Positions 40,020 to 53,886 of a DNA stretch of 64,000 nt are shown in pieces. Both the position numbers and the translations under genes were made by a program. A model generated the notes under the pieces. That model worked only from the letters and a program-made list of their open reading frames with translations. It was not told where the DNA came from and made no database searches. The stretch lies in assembly GCF_056712565.1 (NCBI RefSeq), contig NZ_CM160072.1; one strand, 5' to 3'. Position 1 is the stretch's first letter. Each line of letters starts with the position of its first letter.

Positions 40020-40769
40020 TTACTGCCCGCACACCTCACACCCCGGATTACGCATCAGTTTCATTTCGCGAAACTGACAGGTCATCGCATCGTACATCAC
40101 GATTTTTCCGCTGGCAGGTTTGCCATAACCGGCCAGCAGTTTAATCGCTTCCATTGCCTGCAATGAACCAATTACGCCGATTAACGGTGCCATCACGCCT
40201 GCTTCTACGCAGGTTAACGCGTTCTCGCCAAACAAACGGCTAAGGCAGTGATAGCACGGTTCGCCGTCCTGATAAGTGAAGACCGTGATTTGCCCTTCCA
40301 TACGAATTGCCGCGCCGGAAACCAGCGGCACCTTCGCGGCAAAACAGCCTGCGTTCAGTTGATTACGTACCGCAACGTTATCCGTACAGTCGAGCACCAG
40401 ATCGTGTTTTGCAATCATCGCAGCAAGTTCAGCGTCATCAAGCAGCGCATTGACTGGCGTAATCGCGATATGTGGGTTGATCCGCGTCAGGGCGTCACGG
40501 GCGGATTCCACCTTTGGTTGCCCGACCGTGGCATCACTGTGCAGCGTCTGGCGTTGCAGATTGGAGAGCGAAACCGTGTCGAAGTCGAGCAGCGTCAGGT
40601 TGCCGACACCGGCGCTTGCCAGATATTGCGATGCCGCACAGCCGAGGCCACCAAGCCCCACCACCAACACGCGAGAATCCTTCAGCGCTTCCTGACCGTC
40701 AAAATCAAAACCACGCAGGATGATTTGCCGGTTGTAGCGCAGCATCTCCTGATCGCTGAGTTCTGCCAT
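40020..40769 (-). CDS. moeB: Molybdopterin-synthase adenylyltransferase MoeB (249 aa)
   Basis: ThiF/MoeB nucleotide-binding motif VLVVGLGGLGCAASQYLASAGVG and CxxC pairs. Confidence 0.95.
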   Translation of the reverse strand: MAELSDQEMLRYNRQIILRGFDFDGQEALKDSRVLVVGLGGLGCAASQYLASAGVGNLTLLDFDTVSLSNLQRQTLHSDATVGQPKVESARDALTRINPHIAITPVNALLDDAELAAMIAKHDLVLDCTDNVAVRNQLNAGCFAAKVPLVSGAAIRMEGQITVFTYQDGEPCYHCLSRLFGENALTCVEAGVMAPLIGVIGSLQAMEAIKLLAGYGKPASGKIVMYDAMTCQFREMKLMRNPGCEVCGQ

Positions 40770-42004
40770 TACAGGCCTCCGAACAACGCGTTAAACGGTT
40801 CGACTTCCACCCATTCGCCCACGTCAACATTGCCGCGCTCGCGTTCCAGCACGATAAAGCAGTTGCCGAGGCTAAAGGAGCTAAATATATGTGAACCCTG
40901 ATGTCCGGTGGTCGTCACTTCCAGTTCGCCATCGGCGTTGCGTTGCAGCACGCCGCGCTGGAAATCAAGGCGTCCTGGCGTTTTTTTCAGGCGGGACGCT
41001 GTGCGTACACGCTGGCGCGCGGGCAGGCCACTGGCGGTATTGCCGCTTAGTTTTGCCAGCAAAGGCTGTACCAGTTGATAGAAGGTCAGCGTCGCTGAAA
41101 CCGGGTTGCCCGGCAGGCCGCAGAACCAACTATTAGAAAGTTTACCGAACGCGAACGGTTTACCCGGTTTAATCGCCAGTTTCCAGAAGGCGATCTCCCC
41201 CAGCTCTTCAAGAATCGTTTTGGTGTAATCCGCTTCACCCACTGAAACACCGCCGGAACTGATCACTACATCCGCCTGGCTGTCGGCTTCAATAAATGCG
41301 GCGCGCAGGGCATGGGGATCGTCGCGGATAATCCCTAAGTTGATTACCTCGCATCCCAACTGTTCTAACATCAGGTGTACGGCGAGACGGTTGGTATCGT
41401 AGATTTGGCCGTCGCCCAACGGCTGACCGGGCAACTGGAGTTCATCACCGGTAGAAAAAAGCGCTACACGCACTTTACGAATCACCGGAACTTCGGCAAT
41501 CCCTAGCGAAGCAATCACTGGCAGTTCAGCGGTAGTCAGGCGAGTCCCCGCCGGGAAAACAACCGCACCTGCAGAGATATCTTCACCGCGACGGCGAATA
41601 TTTTGCCCGCTACGCGCTTCAGCAGTAAAACGCACGCCATTGTCCGTTTGTTCAGTCTGCTCCTGCATCACCACCGCTTCGCAGCCTTCCGGCACCGGCG
41701 CACCGGTCATAATACGAATGCAGGTACCCGCAGGCCATTCACCATGGTACGGCTGACCGGCAAAGGATTTACCGGCAACGGGCAGCGGTTGCCCGGAGGC
41801 AATATCGGCTAAACGCACCGCGTAGCCGTCCATAGCGGAGTTATCAAACCCCGGGACATCCAGTGGCGAAACGACATCACTCGCCAGAATACGACCAAAA
41901 CACTGAACCAGTGGCAGCGTTTCCTGGGCGGTCAGTGGGGTAACGCGAGAAAGCATCTCATTAAGCGCGGTGTCGAGCGACATCAATCCGGTGGTAAATT
42001 CCAT
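40769..42004 (-). CDS. moeA: Molybdopterin molybdenumtransferase MoeA (411 aa)
   Basis: 411-aa [23 protein letters not shown]...; 1-nt overlap with moeB. Confidence 0.95.
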   Translation of the reverse strand: MEFTTGLMSLDTALNEMLSRVTPLTAQETLPLVQCFGRILASDVVSPLDVPGFDNSAMDGYAVRLADIASGQPLPVAGKSFAGQPYHGEWPAGTCIRIMTGAPVPEGCEAVVMQEQTEQTDNGVRFTAEARSGQNIRRRGEDISAGAVVFPAGTRLTTAELPVIASLGIAEVPVIRKVRVALFSTGDELQLPGQPLGDGQIYDTNRLAVHLMLEQLGCEVINLGIIRDDPHALRAAFIEADSQADVVISSGGVSVGEADYTKTILEELGEIAFWKLAIKPGKPFAFGKLSNSWFCGLPGNPVSATLTFYQLVQPLLAKLSGNTASGLPARQRVRTASRLKKTPGRLDFQRGVLQRNADGELEVTTTGHQGSHIFSSFSLGNCFIVLERERGNVDVGEWVEVEPFNALFGGL

Positions 42005-42207
42005 GAAAACACTCCTGCGGAGGCAAAATCGAATTTGCCTATTATGTCAGAAAAACGCCACAGACTGTATGCCACCTCGGGTGTAGCGCTGGCTCCTGCC
42101 TTTACATGCCATATCCATCTTTCTATATTCAAAAATTGAATGAGTCATTCATAAAAATTCTGATATTTATAGCAAAAGTGGCGAGTCACCCTTAATGGAC
42201 GAATACT

Positions 42208-43173
42208 ATGGGCAAAGCAGTCATTGCAATTCATGGTGGCGCAGGTGCAATTAGCCGCGCGCAGATGAGTCTGCAACAGGAATTACGCTACATCGAGGCG
42301 TTGTCTGCCATTGTTGAAACCGGGCAGAAAATGCTGGTAGCGGGCGAAAGTGCGCTGGATGTGGTGACGGAAGCGGTGCGTCTGCTGGAAGAGTGTCCAC
42401 TGTTTAACGCCGGAATTGGCGCTGTCTTTACGCGTGATGAAACCCATGAACTGGACGCCTGTGTGATGGATGGTAACACCCTGAAAGCCGGTGCGGTGGC
42501 GGGCGTTAGTCATCTGCGTAATCCGGTTCTTGCCGCCCGACTGGTGATGGAGCAAAGCCCGCATGTGATGATGATTGGCGAAGGGGCAGAAAATTTTGCG
42601 TTTGCTCATGGCATGGAGTGCGTCTCGCCGGAGATTTTCTCCACGCCTTTGCGTTATGAACAACTACTGGCAGCGCGCGAGGAAGGGGCAACAGTCCTCG
42701 ACCATAGCGGTGCGCCACTGGATGAAAAACAAAAAATGGGCACCGTAGGGGCCGTGGCGTTGGATTTAGACGGCAATCTGGCGGCAGCCACGTCCACGGG
42801 CGGAATGACCAATAAATTACCCGGACGAGTTGGCGATAGTCCCTTAGTGGGGGCCGGATGCTATGCCAATAACGCCAGTGTGGCGGTTTCCTGTACCGGT
42901 ACGGGCGAAGTCTTCATCCGCGCGCTGGCGGCATATGATATCGCCGCGTTAATGGATTACGGCGGATTAAGTCTCGCGGAAGCCTGCGAGCGGGTAGTAA
43001 TGGAAAAACTCCCTGCGCTTGGCGGTAGCGGTGGCTTAATCGCTATCGACCATGAAGGGAATGTCGCGCTACCGTTTAACACCGAAGGAATGTATCGCGC
43101 CTGGGGCTACGCAGGCGATACGCCAACCACCGGTATCTACCGTGAAAAAGGGGACACCGTTGCCACACAGTGA
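42208..43173 (+). CDS. iaaA: Isoaspartyl peptidase/L-asparaginase IaaA (Ntn hydrolase, 321 aa)
   Basis: 321-aa ORF with autoproteolytic GTVGAVALD motif. Confidence 0.93.
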
Positions 43174-45031
43174 TGAACTTGATGCCGGTGATGTGCTGGC
43201 GGTTGAAAATCTGAATATTGCCTTTATGCAGGAGCAGCACAAAATAGCTGCGGTCCGCAATCTCTCTTTTAGCCTGCAACGTGGTGAGACGCTGGCAATT
43301 GTTGGCGAATCCGGCTCCGGTAAGTCAGTGACTGCGCTGGCATTGATGCGCCTGTTGGAACAGGCGGGCGGTTTAGTGCAGTGCGATAAAATGCTGTTGC
43401 AGCGGCGCAGTCGCGAAGTAATTGAACTTAGCGAGCAGAGTGCTGCACAAATGCGCCATGTGCGCGGGGCGGATATGGCGATGATATTTCAGGAGCCGAT
43501 GACATCGCTGAACCCGGTATTTACTGTGGGTGAACAGATTGCTGAATCTATTCGTCTGCATCAGAACGCCAGTCGTGAAGAAGCGATGGTCGAGGCGAAG
43601 CGGATGCTGGATCAGGTACGCATTCCGGAGGCACAAACCATTCTTTCACGTTATCCGCATCAACTCTCTGGCGGGATGCGCCAGCGAGTGATGATTGCGA
43701 TGGCGCTGTCATGCCGCCCGGCGGTGCTGATTGCCGATGAGCCAACCACCGCGTTGGATGTCACTATTCAGGCGCAGATCCTGCAATTAATCAAAGTATT
43801 GCAAAAAGAGATGTCGATGGGCGTTATCTTTATCACTCACGATATGGGCGTGGTGGCAGAGATTGCCGATCGGGTACTGGTGATGTATCAGGGCGAGGCG
43901 GTGGAAACGGGTAGCGTCGAACAGATTTTTCATGCACCGCAACATCCTTATACCCGTGCGCTGTTAGCTGCTGTTCCGCAACTTGGTGCGATGAAAGGGT
44001 TAGATTATCCCCGACGTTTCCCATTGATATCGCTTGAACATCCAGCGAAACAGGAGCCACCCATCGAGCAGAAAACGGTGGTGGATGGCGAACCTGTTTT
44101 ACGGGTGCGTAATCTGGTCTCCCGTTTCCCTTTGCGCAGCGGTTTGTTGAATCGCGTAACGCGGGAAGTGCATGCCGTTGAGAAAGTCAGTTTTGATCTC
44201 TGGCCTGGTGAAACGCTATCGCTGGTGGGCGAGTCTGGCAGCGGTAAATCCACCACCGGGCGGGCGTTGCTGCGCCTGGTCGAATCGCAGGGCGGCGAAA
44301 TTATCTTTAACGGTCAGCGAATCGATACCTTGTCACCCGGTAAACTTCAGGCATTGCGCCGCGATATTCAGTTTATTTTTCAGGACCCTTACGCTTCGCT
44401 GGACCCACGTCAGACCATCGGTGATTCGATTCTCGAACCGCTGCGCGTACACGGTTTATTGCCAGGTAAAGAAGCGGCTGCACGCGTTGCGTGGTTGCTG
44501 GAGCGCGTGGGCCTGTTACCGGAACATGCCTGGCGTTACCCACATGAGTTTTCCGGCGGTCAGCGCCAGCGCATCTGCATTGCTCGCGCGTTGGCATTGA
44601 ATCCAAAAGTGATCATTGCCGACGAAGCCGTTTCGGCGCTGGATGTTTCTATTCGCGGGCAGATTATCAACTTGTTGCTCGATCTCCAGCGTGATTTCGG
44701 CATTGCGTATCTGTTTATCTCCCACGATATGGCCGTGGTTGAGCGGATTAGTCATCGTGTGGCGGTGATGTATCTCGGGCAAATTGTTGAAATTGGTCCA
44801 CGGCGCGCGGTCTTTGAAAATCCGCAGCATCCTTATACGCGTAAATTACTGGCGGCAGTTCCGGTCGCTGAACCGTCCCGACAACGACCGCAGCGTGTAC
44901 TGCTGTCGGACGATCTTCCCAGCAATATTCATCTGCGTGGCGAAGAGGTTGCAGCCGTCTCGTTGCAATGCGTCGGGCCGGGGCATTACGTTGCACAACC
45001 ACAATCAGAATACGCATTCATGCGTAGATAA
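43160..45031 (+). CDS. gsiA: Glutathione ABC importer ATPase GsiA (double ABC cassette, 623 aa)
   Basis: Two Walker A motifs (GESGSGKS twice); known N-terminus [10 protein letters not shown] corresponds to a TTG codon at 43160 overlapping the iaaA stop by 14 nt. Confidence 0.9.
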
Positions 45032-45050
45032 CATTCAGGCGGAGAATAAA

Positions 45051-46589
45051 ATGGCAAGAGCTGTACACCGGAGTGGGTTAGTGGCGCTGGGCATTGCGAC
45101 AGCGTTGATGGCATCTTGTGCATTCGCTGCCAAAGAGGTGGTGGTGGCGGTAGGATCGAACTTCACCACGCTCGATCCGTATGACGCAAATGACACGTTA
45201 TCTCAGGCCGTAGCGAAATCGTTTTACCAGGGGCTGTTCGGTCTGGATAAAGAGATGAAACTGAAAAACGTGCTGGCGGAGAGTTACACCGTTTCCGATG
45301 ACGGCCTTACTTACACCGTGAAATTGCGGGAAGGCATTAAATTCCAGGATGGCACCGATTTCAACGCAGCGGCGGTGAAAGCGAATCTGGACCGGGCCAG
45401 CGATCCGGCGAATCATCTTAAACGCTATAACCTGTATAAGAATATTGCCAAAACGGAAGCGATCGATCCGACAACGGTAAAGATTACCCTCAAACAGCCA
45501 TTCTCAGCGTTTATTAATATTCTTGCCCATCCGGCGACCGCGATGATTTCACCGGCAGCGCTGGAAAAATATGGCAAGGAGATTGGTTTTCATCCGGTGG
45601 GAACCGGGCCGTATGAACTGGATACCTGGAATCAGACCGATTTTGTGAAGGTGAAAAAATTCGCGGGTTACTGGCAGCCAGGATTGCCCAAACTGGACAG
45701 CATAACCTGGCGTCCGGTGGCGGATAACAACACCCGCGCGGCAATGCTGCAAACCGGTGAAGCGCAGTTTGCTTTCCCCATTCCCTACGAGCAGGCCGCA
45801 CTGCTGGAGAAAAACAAAAATATCGAGTTGATGGCCAGTCCGTCAATTATGCAGCGTTATATCAGTATGAACGTGACGCAAAAGCCGTTCGATAACCCGA
45901 AGGTCCGTGAGGCGCTGAATTACGCCATTAACCGCCCGGCGCTGGTGAAAGTGGCCTTCGCGGGCTATGCAACGCCAGCTACTGGTGTGGTACCGCCGAG
46001 TATCGCCTACGCGCAAAGTTATAAACCGTGGCCTTACGATCCAGTGAAAGCGCGCGAATTACTTAAAGAGGCGGGATATCCCAACGGTTTCAGTACCACG
46101 CTGTGGTCGTCACATAACCACAGCACCGCGCAGAAAGTGCTGCAATTTACCCAGCAGCAGTTAGCGCAGGTTGGGATTAAAGCCCAGGTGACTGCGATGG
46201 ATGCCGGGCAACGGGCGGCAGAAGTTGAAGGTAAAGGGCAAAAAGAGAGCGGCGTGCGGATGTTCTACACTGGCTGGTCGGCTTCAACCGGCGAAGCCGA
46301 CTGGGCTCTATCGCCGCTGTTTGCCTCGCAGAACTGGCCACCAACGCTGTTTAATACCGCGTTTTACAGCAATAAACAGGTGGATGACTTCCTGGCTCAG
46401 GCACTGAAAACTAATGATCCGGCGGAAAAGACCCGCTTGTATAAGGCGGCGCAGGATATCATCTGGCAAGAGTCGCCGTGGATCCCGCTGGTGGTAGAAA
46501 AACTGGTGTCGGCACACAGTAAAAACCTGACCGGTTTTTGGATCATGCCAGACACCGGCTTCAGCTTTGAAGATGCGGATTTGCAATAA
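45051..46589 (+). CDS. gsiB: Glutathione-binding periplasmic protein GsiB (512 aa)
   Basis: Start trimmed to [26 protein letters not shown] (signal peptide). Confidence 0.93.
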
Positions 46590-46606
46590 GCAACGCAGGG
46601 AGTGGA

Positions 46607-47527
46607 ATGCTTAATTACGTTATCAAACGCTTACTGGGGTTGATTCCGACGCTGTTTATCGTCTCGGTGCTGGTGTTTTTATTTGTCCACATGCTGCCCG
46701 GCGATCCGGCGCGATTGATTGCCGGGCCCGAAGCTGATGCGCAGGTTATAGAACTGGTGCGTCAGCAGCTGGGGTTGGATCAGCCGCTGTATCACCAGTT
46801 CTGGCACTATATCAGCAATGCTGTGCAGGGGGATTTTGGCCTGTCGATGGTGTCGCGTCGTCCGGTTGCCGATGAGATTGCCAGCCGCTTTATGCCAACG
46901 CTGTGGCTGACCATAACCAGTATGGTCTGGGCGGTGATATTTGGTATGGCGGCGGGAATTATCGCCGCCGTCTGGCGTAACCGTTGGCCGGATCGATTGA
47001 GTATGACTATTGCGGTGTCGGGGATTTCGTTTCCGGCATTTGCTCTGGGGATGCTTTTAATTCAGGTATTCTCTGTTGAACTGGGCTGGCTGCCTACCGT
47101 GGGAGCAGACAGTTGGCAGCACTACATTTTACCCTCCCTGACGCTCGGCGCGGCAGTGGCCGCCGTGATGGCGCGCTTTACCCGCGCGTCGTTTGTCGAC
47201 GTTTTAAGCGAAGATTATATGCGTACCGCGAGGGCGAAAGGGGTGAGCGAAACCTGGGTTGTCCTCAAACACGGGCTACGTAACGCGATGATCCCGGTAG
47301 TGACCATGATGGGTTTACAGTTTGGCTTTTTGCTCGGTGGTTCCATCGTGGTGGAGAAAGTTTTCAACTGGCCCGGACTTGGACGCTTACTCGTTGACTC
47401 CGTAGAAATGCGCGATTACCCGGTGATTCAGGCGGAAATTCTGCTTTTCTCGCTGGAATTTATTCTTATCAACTTAGTGGTGGATGTGCTTTACGCCGCC
47501 ATTAACCCGGCTATCAGGTACAAGTAA
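46607..47527 (+). CDS. gsiC: Glutathione ABC importer permease GsiC (306 aa)
   Basis: 306-aa polytopic ORF. Confidence 0.93.
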   Translation: MLNYVIKRLLGLIPTLFIVSVLVFLFVHMLPGDPARLIAGPEADAQVIELVRQQLGLDQPLYHQFWHYISNAVQGDFGLSMVSRRPVADEIASRFMPTLWLTITSMVWAVIFGMAAGIIAAVWRNRWPDRLSMTIAVSGISFPAFALGMLLIQVFSVELGWLPTVGADSWQHYILPSLTLGAAVAAVMARFTRASFVDVLSEDYMRTARAKGVSETWVVLKHGLRNAMIPVVTMMGLQFGFLLGGSIVVEKVFNWPGLGRLLVDSVEMRDYPVIQAEILLFSLEFILINLVVDVLYAAINPAIRYK

Positions 47528-47529
47528 GG

Positions 47530-48441
47530 ATGCGACTATTTAACTGGCGACGTCAGGCGGTGTTAAACGCCATGCCACTGGTCAAACCTGACCAGGTACG
47601 TACACCGTGGCATGAATTCTGGCGACGATTTCGCCGTCAGCATATGGCGATGACCGCCGCATTGTTCGTTATTTTATTGATTGTGGTGGCTATTTTTGCA
47701 CGCTGGATCGCTCCCTATGACGCCGAAAATTATTTTGATTATGACAATCTGAATAACGGACCTTCTTTGCAGCACTGGTTTGGCGTCGATTCACTGGGGC
47801 GTGACATTTTCAGCCGTGTCCTGGTTGGTGCGCAAATCTCGCTGGCGGCGGGCGTGTTTGCCGTGTTTATCGGTGCGGCGATCGGGACGTTGCTGGGCTT
47901 GTTGGCTGGATATTATGAAGGCTGGTGGGATCGGCTGAGCATGCGCATTTGCGATGTGCTGTTTGCCTTCCCGGGTATTTTACTGGCGATCGCTGTTGTT
48001 GCGGTGTTGGGAAGCGGCATTGCTAACGTGATTATCGCAGTCGTCATTTTTTCCATCCCCGCGTTTGCCCGCCTGGTGCGCGGCAACACGCTGGTGTTGA
48101 AACAGCAAACCTTTATTGAGTCAGCACGCAGTATTGGTGCCAGCGATATGACCATTTTATTGCGTCATATCCTGCCTGGGACCGTCTCTTCTATCGTGGT
48201 GTTTTTCACCATGCGCATTGGCACCTCGATTATCTCTGCCGCCAGCCTGTCATTTCTCGGCCTCGGTGCGCAGCCGCCGACACCAGAGTGGGGGGCAATG
48301 CTCAATGAGGCACGAGCGGATATGGTTATCGCGCCGCATGTCGCTGTTTTTCCGGCCCTGGCTATTTTTCTGACCGTACTGGCGTTCAATTTGTTGGGCG
48401 ATGGTTTACGCGATGCGCTGGATCCGAAAATTAAAGGATAG
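47530..48441 (+). CDS. gsiD: Glutathione ABC importer permease GsiD (303 aa)
   Basis: 303-aa polytopic ORF. Confidence 0.93.
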   Translation: MRLFNWRRQAVLNAMPLVKPDQVRTPWHEFWRRFRRQHMAMTAALFVILLIVVAIFARWIAPYDAENYFDYDNLNNGPSLQHWFGVDSLGRDIFSRVLVGAQISLAAGVFAVFIGAAIGTLLGLLAGYYEGWWDRLSMRICDVLFAFPGILLAIAVVAVLGSGIANVIIAVVIFSIPAFARLVRGNTLVLKQQTFIESARSIGASDMTILLRHILPGTVSSIVVFFTMRIGTSIISAASLSFLGLGAQPPTPEWGAMLNEARADMVIAPHVAVFPALAIFLTVLAFNLLGDGLRDALDPKIKG

Positions 48442-48617
48442 TTACGTTTGAATATTGCTTGAAAGGGTAATCACCTCACAGGAAATTATTGCCCTAAGCA
48501 AGTGTTGTAACTTTCTGCTGATTTTGTAGAATCGGGTAATTTGGTTAAAAAGCCGCAGCAAGGGACTATTTTGCAGCGGCACAGCGTTCAGACAGTTATT
48601 TTGTTAAATGTATTAAC

Positions 48618-50966
48618 ATGCTGAGTTTATACGAAAAGATAAAGATAAGGCTGATAATTTTATTTTTATTGGCAGCACTGTCATTTATTGGTCTTTTTTT
48701 CATCATTAACTATCAACTGGTATCGGAACGCGCGGTAAAACGTGCCGATAGCCGCTTTGAACTTATTCAGAAAAACGTTGGCTATTTCTTTAAAGATATT
48801 GAACGTTCGGCCCTGACATTAAAGGACTCACTGTATTTATTAAAAAATACAGAGGAGATTCAACGTGCCGTGATTCTGAAAATGGAAATGATGCCATTTT
48901 TAGACTCGGTGGGACTGGTACTTGATGATAATAAATATTATCTCTTTTCGCGGAGGGCGAATGATAAAATCGTTGTTTATCATCAGGAACAAGTAAATGG
49001 ACCGCTTGTCGACGAGTCAGGGCGGGTTATTTTTGCCGATTTTAACCCATCGAAACGACCGTGGTCGATGGCTTCAGATGACTCTAACAACAGCTGGAAT
49101 CCGGCATACAATTGCTTTGATCGTCCGGGTAAAAAATGTATCTCTTTTACGCTACACATCAACGGCAAAGATCATGATTTGTTAGCGGTAGATAAAATTC
49201 ATGTCGATTTAAACTGGCGATATCTGAACGAGTATCTTGATCACATCAGCGCTAATGATGAAGTTCTATTTTTAAAGCAAGGTCATGAGATCATTGCTAA
49301 GAATCAACTCGCTCGTGAAAAATTGATTATTTATAATAGCGAAGGTAATTATAATATTATTGATTCTGTCGATACGGAATATATTGAAAAAACATCAGCG
49401 GTGCCAAACAACGCATTATTCGAAATCTATTTTTATTATCCTGGTGGTAATTTATTGAACGCATCAGATAAACTTTTTTATCTGCCGTTTGCTTTCATTA
49501 TTATCGTATTGCTGGTGGTTTATTTAATGACCACTCGAGTGTTCCGTCGGCAATTTTCTGAAATGACAGATTTGGTCAATACGCTGGCGTTTTTGCCCGA
49601 CTCTACGGATCAAATCGAGGCTCTGAAGATTCGTGAAGGCGATGCGAAAGAGATTATCAGCATCAAAAATTCGATCGCGGAAATGAAAGATGCTGAAATT
49701 GAACGGGCAAATAAATTGCTCTCGCTGATCTCTTACGATCAGGAAAGCGGTTTTATTAAAAATATGGCGATTATTGAGTCCAACAATAATCAGTATCTGG
49801 CTGTGGGGATCATCAAACTGTGTGGTCTGGAAGCTGTGGAAGCGGTGTTTGGTGTTGATGAACGCAATAAAATCGTCAGGAAATTGTGTCAGCGAATTGC
49901 CGAGAAATATGCGCAATGCTGCGATATCGTGACATTTAATGCCGATCTCTATTTACTCCTGTGCCGGGAAAATGTACAGACGTTTACCCGTAAGATAGCG
50001 ACGGTAAACGATTTTGACAGCAGTTTTGGCTACCGCAATCTGCGCATCCATAAGTCTGCTATTTGTGAACCTTTGCAGGGGGAAAACGCCTGGAGTTACG
50101 CAGAAAAGCTGAAACTGGCGATTTCCAGTATCCGCAACCATATGTTCTCAGAGTTTATTTTCTGTGATGATGCGAAACTCAACGAAATAGAAGAGAATAT
50201 CTGGATTGCGCGTAATATTCGCCATGCAATGGAAATTGGCGAACTATTCCTGGTCTATCAACCGATTGTTGATATTAACACCCGCACCATTTTGGGCGCG
50301 GAGGCGTTGTGCCGTTGGGTGTCTGCGGAGCGGGGGATTATTTCACCGCTGAAGTTCATTACCATTGCTGAAGATATCGGGTTTATCAATGAGCTGGGCT
50401 ATCAAATTATTAAAACCGCGATGGGTGAATTCAGACATTTTAGTCAGCGTGCGTCGCTGAAGGATGATTTCTTACTGCATATTAATGTTTCGCCCTGGCA
50501 GTTAAACGAACCACACTTTCATGAGCGTTTTACTACCATCATGAAAGAAAATGGCCTGAAGGCGAACAGCCTTTGTGTTGAGATCACCGAAACCGTGATC
50601 GAGCGAATTAATGAACATTTCTATCTCAATATTGAACAACTGCGTAAACAAGGGGTACGGGTATCGATTGATGACTTTGGCACCGGTTTGTCAAACCTGA
50701 AACGTTTTTATGAAATTAATCCAGACAGTATAAAGGTGGATTCGCAATTTACCGGCGATATTTTCGGTACTGCAGGAAAAATTGTGCGCATTATTTTCGA
50801 TCTGGCACGCTATAACCGGATCCCGGTGATTGCGGAAGGCGTAGAGAGCGAAGACGTTGCGCGTGAATTAATCAAATTAGGATGTGTTCAGGCTCAGGGG
50901 TATCTGTACCAGAAACCCATGCCATTCTCCGCCTGGGATAAAAGTGGAAAATTAGTAAAAGAGTAG
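48618..50966 (+). CDS. pdeI: c-di-GMP phosphodiesterase PdeI/YliE (membrane-anchored sensor + EAL domain, 782 aa)
   Basis: N-terminal TM, large periplasmic region, second TM, C-terminal EAL domain (EALCRW motif). Confidence 0.9.
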   Translation: MLSLYEKIKIRLIILFLLAALSFIGLFFIINYQLVSERAVKRADSRFELIQKNVGYFFKDIERSALTLKDSLYLLKNTEEIQRAVILKMEMMPFLDSVGLVLDDNKYYLFSRRANDKIVVYHQEQVNGPLVDESGRVIFADFNPSKRPWSMASDDSNNSWNPAYNCFDRPGKKCISFTLHINGKDHDLLAVDKIHVDLNWRYLNEYLDHISANDEVLFLKQGHEIIAKNQLAREKLIIYNSEGNYNIIDSVDTEYIEKTSAVPNNALFEIYFYYPGGNLLNASDKLFYLPFAFIIIVLLVVYLMTTRVFRRQFSEMTDLVNTLAFLPDSTDQIEALKIREGDAKEIISIKNSIAEMKDAEIERANKLLSLISYDQESGFIKNMAIIESNNNQYLAVGIIKLCGLEAVEAVFGVDERNKIVRKLCQRIAEKYAQCCDIVTFNADLYLLLCRENVQTFTRKIATVNDFDSSFGYRNLRIHKSAICEPLQGENAWSYAEKLKLAISSIRNHMFSEFIFCDDAKLNEIEENIWIARNIRHAMEIGELFLVYQPIVDINTRTILGAEALCRWVSAERGIISPLKFITIAEDIGFINELGYQIIKTAMGEFRHFSQRASLKDDFLLHINVSPWQLNEPHFHERFTTIMKENGLKANSLCVEITETVIERINEHFYLNIEQLRKQGVRVSIDDFGTGLSNLKRFYEINPDSIKVDSQFTGDIFGTAGKIVRIIFDLARYNRIPVIAEGVESEDVARELIKLGCVQAQGYLYQKPMPFSAWDKSGKLVKE

Positions 50967-50973
50967 TTTACGT

Positions 50974-52302
50974 ATGTCCAGAATCAATAAATTCGTACTT
51001 ACAGTCAGTCTGCTGATTTTTATCATGATTTCAGCAGTTGCCTGCGGGATCTACACTCAAATGGTAAAGGAACGGGTGTATGGCCTGAAACAGTCCGTTA
51101 TTGATACTGCTTTTGCGGTGGCAAATATTGCTGAATATCGGCGTAGTGTGGCAATTGATCTCATCAACACGCTAAATCCTACGGAGGAACAGCTGTTGGT
51201 TGGCTTACGCACAGCTTACGCCGACTCGGTTTCACCCTCTTATTTGTACGATGTCGGTCCTTATCTGATTTCCAGTGACGAATGTATTCAGGTAAAGGAG
51301 TTCGAGAAAAATTATTGTGCAGATATTATGCAGGTTGTTAAGTATCGACATGTCAAAAATACAGGGTTTATCTCTTTTGATGGTAAAACCTTCGTCTATT
51401 ACCTCTATCCGGTAACTCACAATCGTAGTCTGATATTTTTGCTTGGTCTGGAACGTTTTTCTTTACTGTCAAAATCGCTGGCGATGGATAGCGAGAACCT
51501 GATGTTCTCCCTGTTCAAGAACGGTAAATCGGTGACCGGTGATGAATATAACGCTAAAAACGCCATCTTCACCGTTTCGGAAGCAATGGAGCACTTCTCC
51601 TATTTGCCGACCGGGTTGTACGTATTTGCTTATAAAAAAGACGTTTATTTTCAGGTATGTACATTGATTATTTTCTTTGCCGCATTGGTGGCAGTGATAT
51701 CGGGTGCCAGTTGCCTCTATCTGGTACGCAGAGTGATTAATCGTGGTATTGTGGAGAAAGAAGCCATTATTAATAACCATTTTGAACGCGTACTGGATGG
51801 CGGGCTTTTCTTTTCGGCTGCCGATGTCAAAAAACTCTACAGTATGTATAACTCGGCATTCCTGGACGATCTGACCAAAGCGATGGGCAGAAAATCCTTT
51901 GACGAAGATTTAAAAGCGCTGCCGGAAAAAGGCGGTTATTTGTGCCTGTTTGACGTCGATAAATTCAAAAACATTAACGACACCTTCGGTCATTTGCTGG
52001 GCGATGAAGTGTTGATGAAAGTGGTGAAAATCCTTAAATCACAGATCCCGGTAGATAAAGGTAAAGTTTACCGCTTCGGAGGTGACGAATTTGCGGTGAT
52101 TTATACTGGCGGCACGCTGGAAGAGTTGCTATCGATTCTAAAAGAAATCGTTCATTTCCAGGTGGGAAGCATTAATTTAAGCACCAGTATCGGTGTAGCG
52201 CATTCAAATGAATGTACTACCGTTGAACGTTTGAAAATGCTGGCGGATGAGCGGCTGTATAAGAGTAAGAAAAACGGCAGGGCGCAGATTAGCTGGCAGT
52301 AA
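50974..52302 (+). CDS. dgcI: Diguanylate cyclase DgcI/YliF (membrane-anchored sensor + GGDEF-type domain, 442 aa)
   Basis: Two TM segments flanking a periplasmic region; C-terminal GGDEF-family domain with RFGGDEF. Confidence 0.9.
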   Translation: MSRINKFVLTVSLLIFIMISAVACGIYTQMVKERVYGLKQSVIDTAFAVANIAEYRRSVAIDLINTLNPTEEQLLVGLRTAYADSVSPSYLYDVGPYLISSDECIQVKEFEKNYCADIMQVVKYRHVKNTGFISFDGKTFVYYLYPVTHNRSLIFLLGLERFSLLSKSLAMDSENLMFSLFKNGKSVTGDEYNAKNAIFTVSEAMEHFSYLPTGLYVFAYKKDVYFQVCTLIIFFAALVAVISGASCLYLVRRVINRGIVEKEAIINNHFERVLDGGLFFSAADVKKLYSMYNSAFLDDLTKAMGRKSFDEDLKALPEKGGYLCLFDVDKFKNINDTFGHLLGDEVLMKVVKILKSQIPVDKGKVYRFGGDEFAVIYTGGTLEELLSILKEIVHFQVGSINLSTSIGVAHSNECTTVERLKMLADERLYKSKKNGRAQISWQ

Positions 52303-52312
52303 TCATTATTCG

Positions 52313-52342
52313 CAGGCCGGACAAATGATTTTGCCCGGCCTG
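52313..52342. terminator. Putative bidirectional terminator between convergent dgcI and rimO
   Basis: Inverted repeat caggccgg...ccggcctg. Confidence 0.4.
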
Positions 52343-52348
52343 AATTAA

Positions 52349-53674
52349 TTAAACCCGGCTACCCCACAAATCGTACTCATCGGCGTGCTCGACTTTCACT
52401 CGCAGGATATCACCCGGCTTAACGTTGGTTTCACCATTGAGATAAACCGCGCCGTCGATTTCCGGTGCATCTGCCATGCTGCGACCAATCGCGCCTTCTT
52501 CGTCCACTTCGTCGATAATCACCAGAATTTCACGGCCCACTTTCTCTTGCAGGCGCTCGGCGGAAATTTGCTGCTGCAACTGCATGAAACGGTTCCAGCG
52601 TTCTTCTTTCACTTCTTCCGGAACCTGGTCAGGCAGGGCATTGGCGTCTGCACCTTCAACCGGGCTGTATTTAAAGCAGCCAACGCGATCCAGACGTGCT
52701 TCTTTCAGGAAGTCGAGTAGCATCTGGAAATCTTCTTCCGTCTCGCCAGGGAAGCCAACAATAAAGGTTGAGCGTAGGGTCAGTTCCGGGCAGATTTTGC
52801 GCCACTGTTTGATGCGCGCCAGTTGGCGATCTACAGAACCCGGACGTTTCATCAGTTTGAGAATGCGCGGGCTGGCGTGCTGCAACGGAATGTCCAGATA
52901 CGGCAGGATTTTGCCCTCTGCCATCAGTGGGATGACGTCGTCCACATGCGGATAAGGGTAAACGTAGTGCAGACGTGTCCAGATCCCCAGTTTCGATAAC
53001 TGTTCGCACAGGCTGACCATGCTGGTTTTTACCGGCTCGCCGTTGTGGAAGCCAGTACGATGTTTAACATCGACGCCATACGCGGAAGTATCCTGCGAGA
53101 TCACCAGAATTTCTTTAACGCCCGCATCAACCAGACGTTTCGCTTCACTTAACACTTCGCCAATCGGACGGCTCACCAGATCGCCGCGCATAGACGGAAT
53201 AATGCAGAAGGTGCAGCGGTGATTACAGCCTTCAGAAATTTTCAGATAGGCATAATGACGCGGCGTCAGTTTCACACCTTGTTCTGGCACCAGGCTCAGG
53301 AATGGGTTGTGTTTCGGTTTTGGCACGTAGTGATGAACGTGCTCCAGAACCTGCTCATAGCTATGAGGCCCGGTGATTTCCAGCACTTTCGGGTGGACTT
53401 CGCGGATCTGATCTTCTTTTGCCCCCAGACAACCGGTCACAATTACCTTGCCGTTTTCATTCAACGCTTCACCAATGGCTTCCAGTGATTCTTGTACCGC
53501 GCTGTCAATAAAGCCGCAGGTGTTGACGATCACCATGTCCGCATCATCATAGCTCGGTACCACGTCATAACCTTCAGTGCGTAGTTCGGTGAGAATACGC
53601 TCTGAATCGACAAGGTTTTTCGGACAGCCAAGGGAAACAAAGCCGATTTTCGGCTGGGGAGTTACTTTGCTCAT
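52349..53674 (-). CDS. rimO: Ribosomal protein S12 methylthiotransferase RimO (441 aa)
   Basis: Radical SAM motif CNHRCTFC and MTTase N-terminal cysteines. Confidence 0.95.
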   Translation of the reverse strand: MSKVTPQPKIGFVSLGCPKNLVDSERILTELRTEGYDVVPSYDDADMVIVNTCGFIDSAVQESLEAIGEALNENGKVIVTGCLGAKEDQIREVHPKVLEITGPHSYEQVLEHVHHYVPKPKHNPFLSLVPEQGVKLTPRHYAYLKISEGCNHRCTFCIIPSMRGDLVSRPIGEVLSEAKRLVDAGVKEILVISQDTSAYGVDVKHRTGFHNGEPVKTSMVSLCEQLSKLGIWTRLHYVYPYPHVDDVIPLMAEGKILPYLDIPLQHASPRILKLMKRPGSVDRQLARIKQWRKICPELTLRSTFIVGFPGETEEDFQMLLDFLKEARLDRVGCFKYSPVEGADANALPDQVPEEVKEERWNRFMQLQQQISAERLQEKVGREILVIIDEVDEEGAIGRSMADAPEIDGAVYLNGETNVKPGDILRVKVEHADEYDLWGSRV

Positions 53675-53886
53675 AGCTTAAAAAATATTCAGTTACAGGA
53701 AAGGTCAGGGCAGGGATTCTACAGAGTTCTGGATAAAATTTGTATCGCAATCTCATTCGCTGGCGGAGTTGAAGGAAATGTAAATTTTGTTAATTCGGCG
53801 TGAAGAATTGATCCTGGACAGCATTTTGCTCAAAAAACAGCCATACTATTTAATTGCAACAAGGCTGGAAAGAGGAGGATCGAAGT

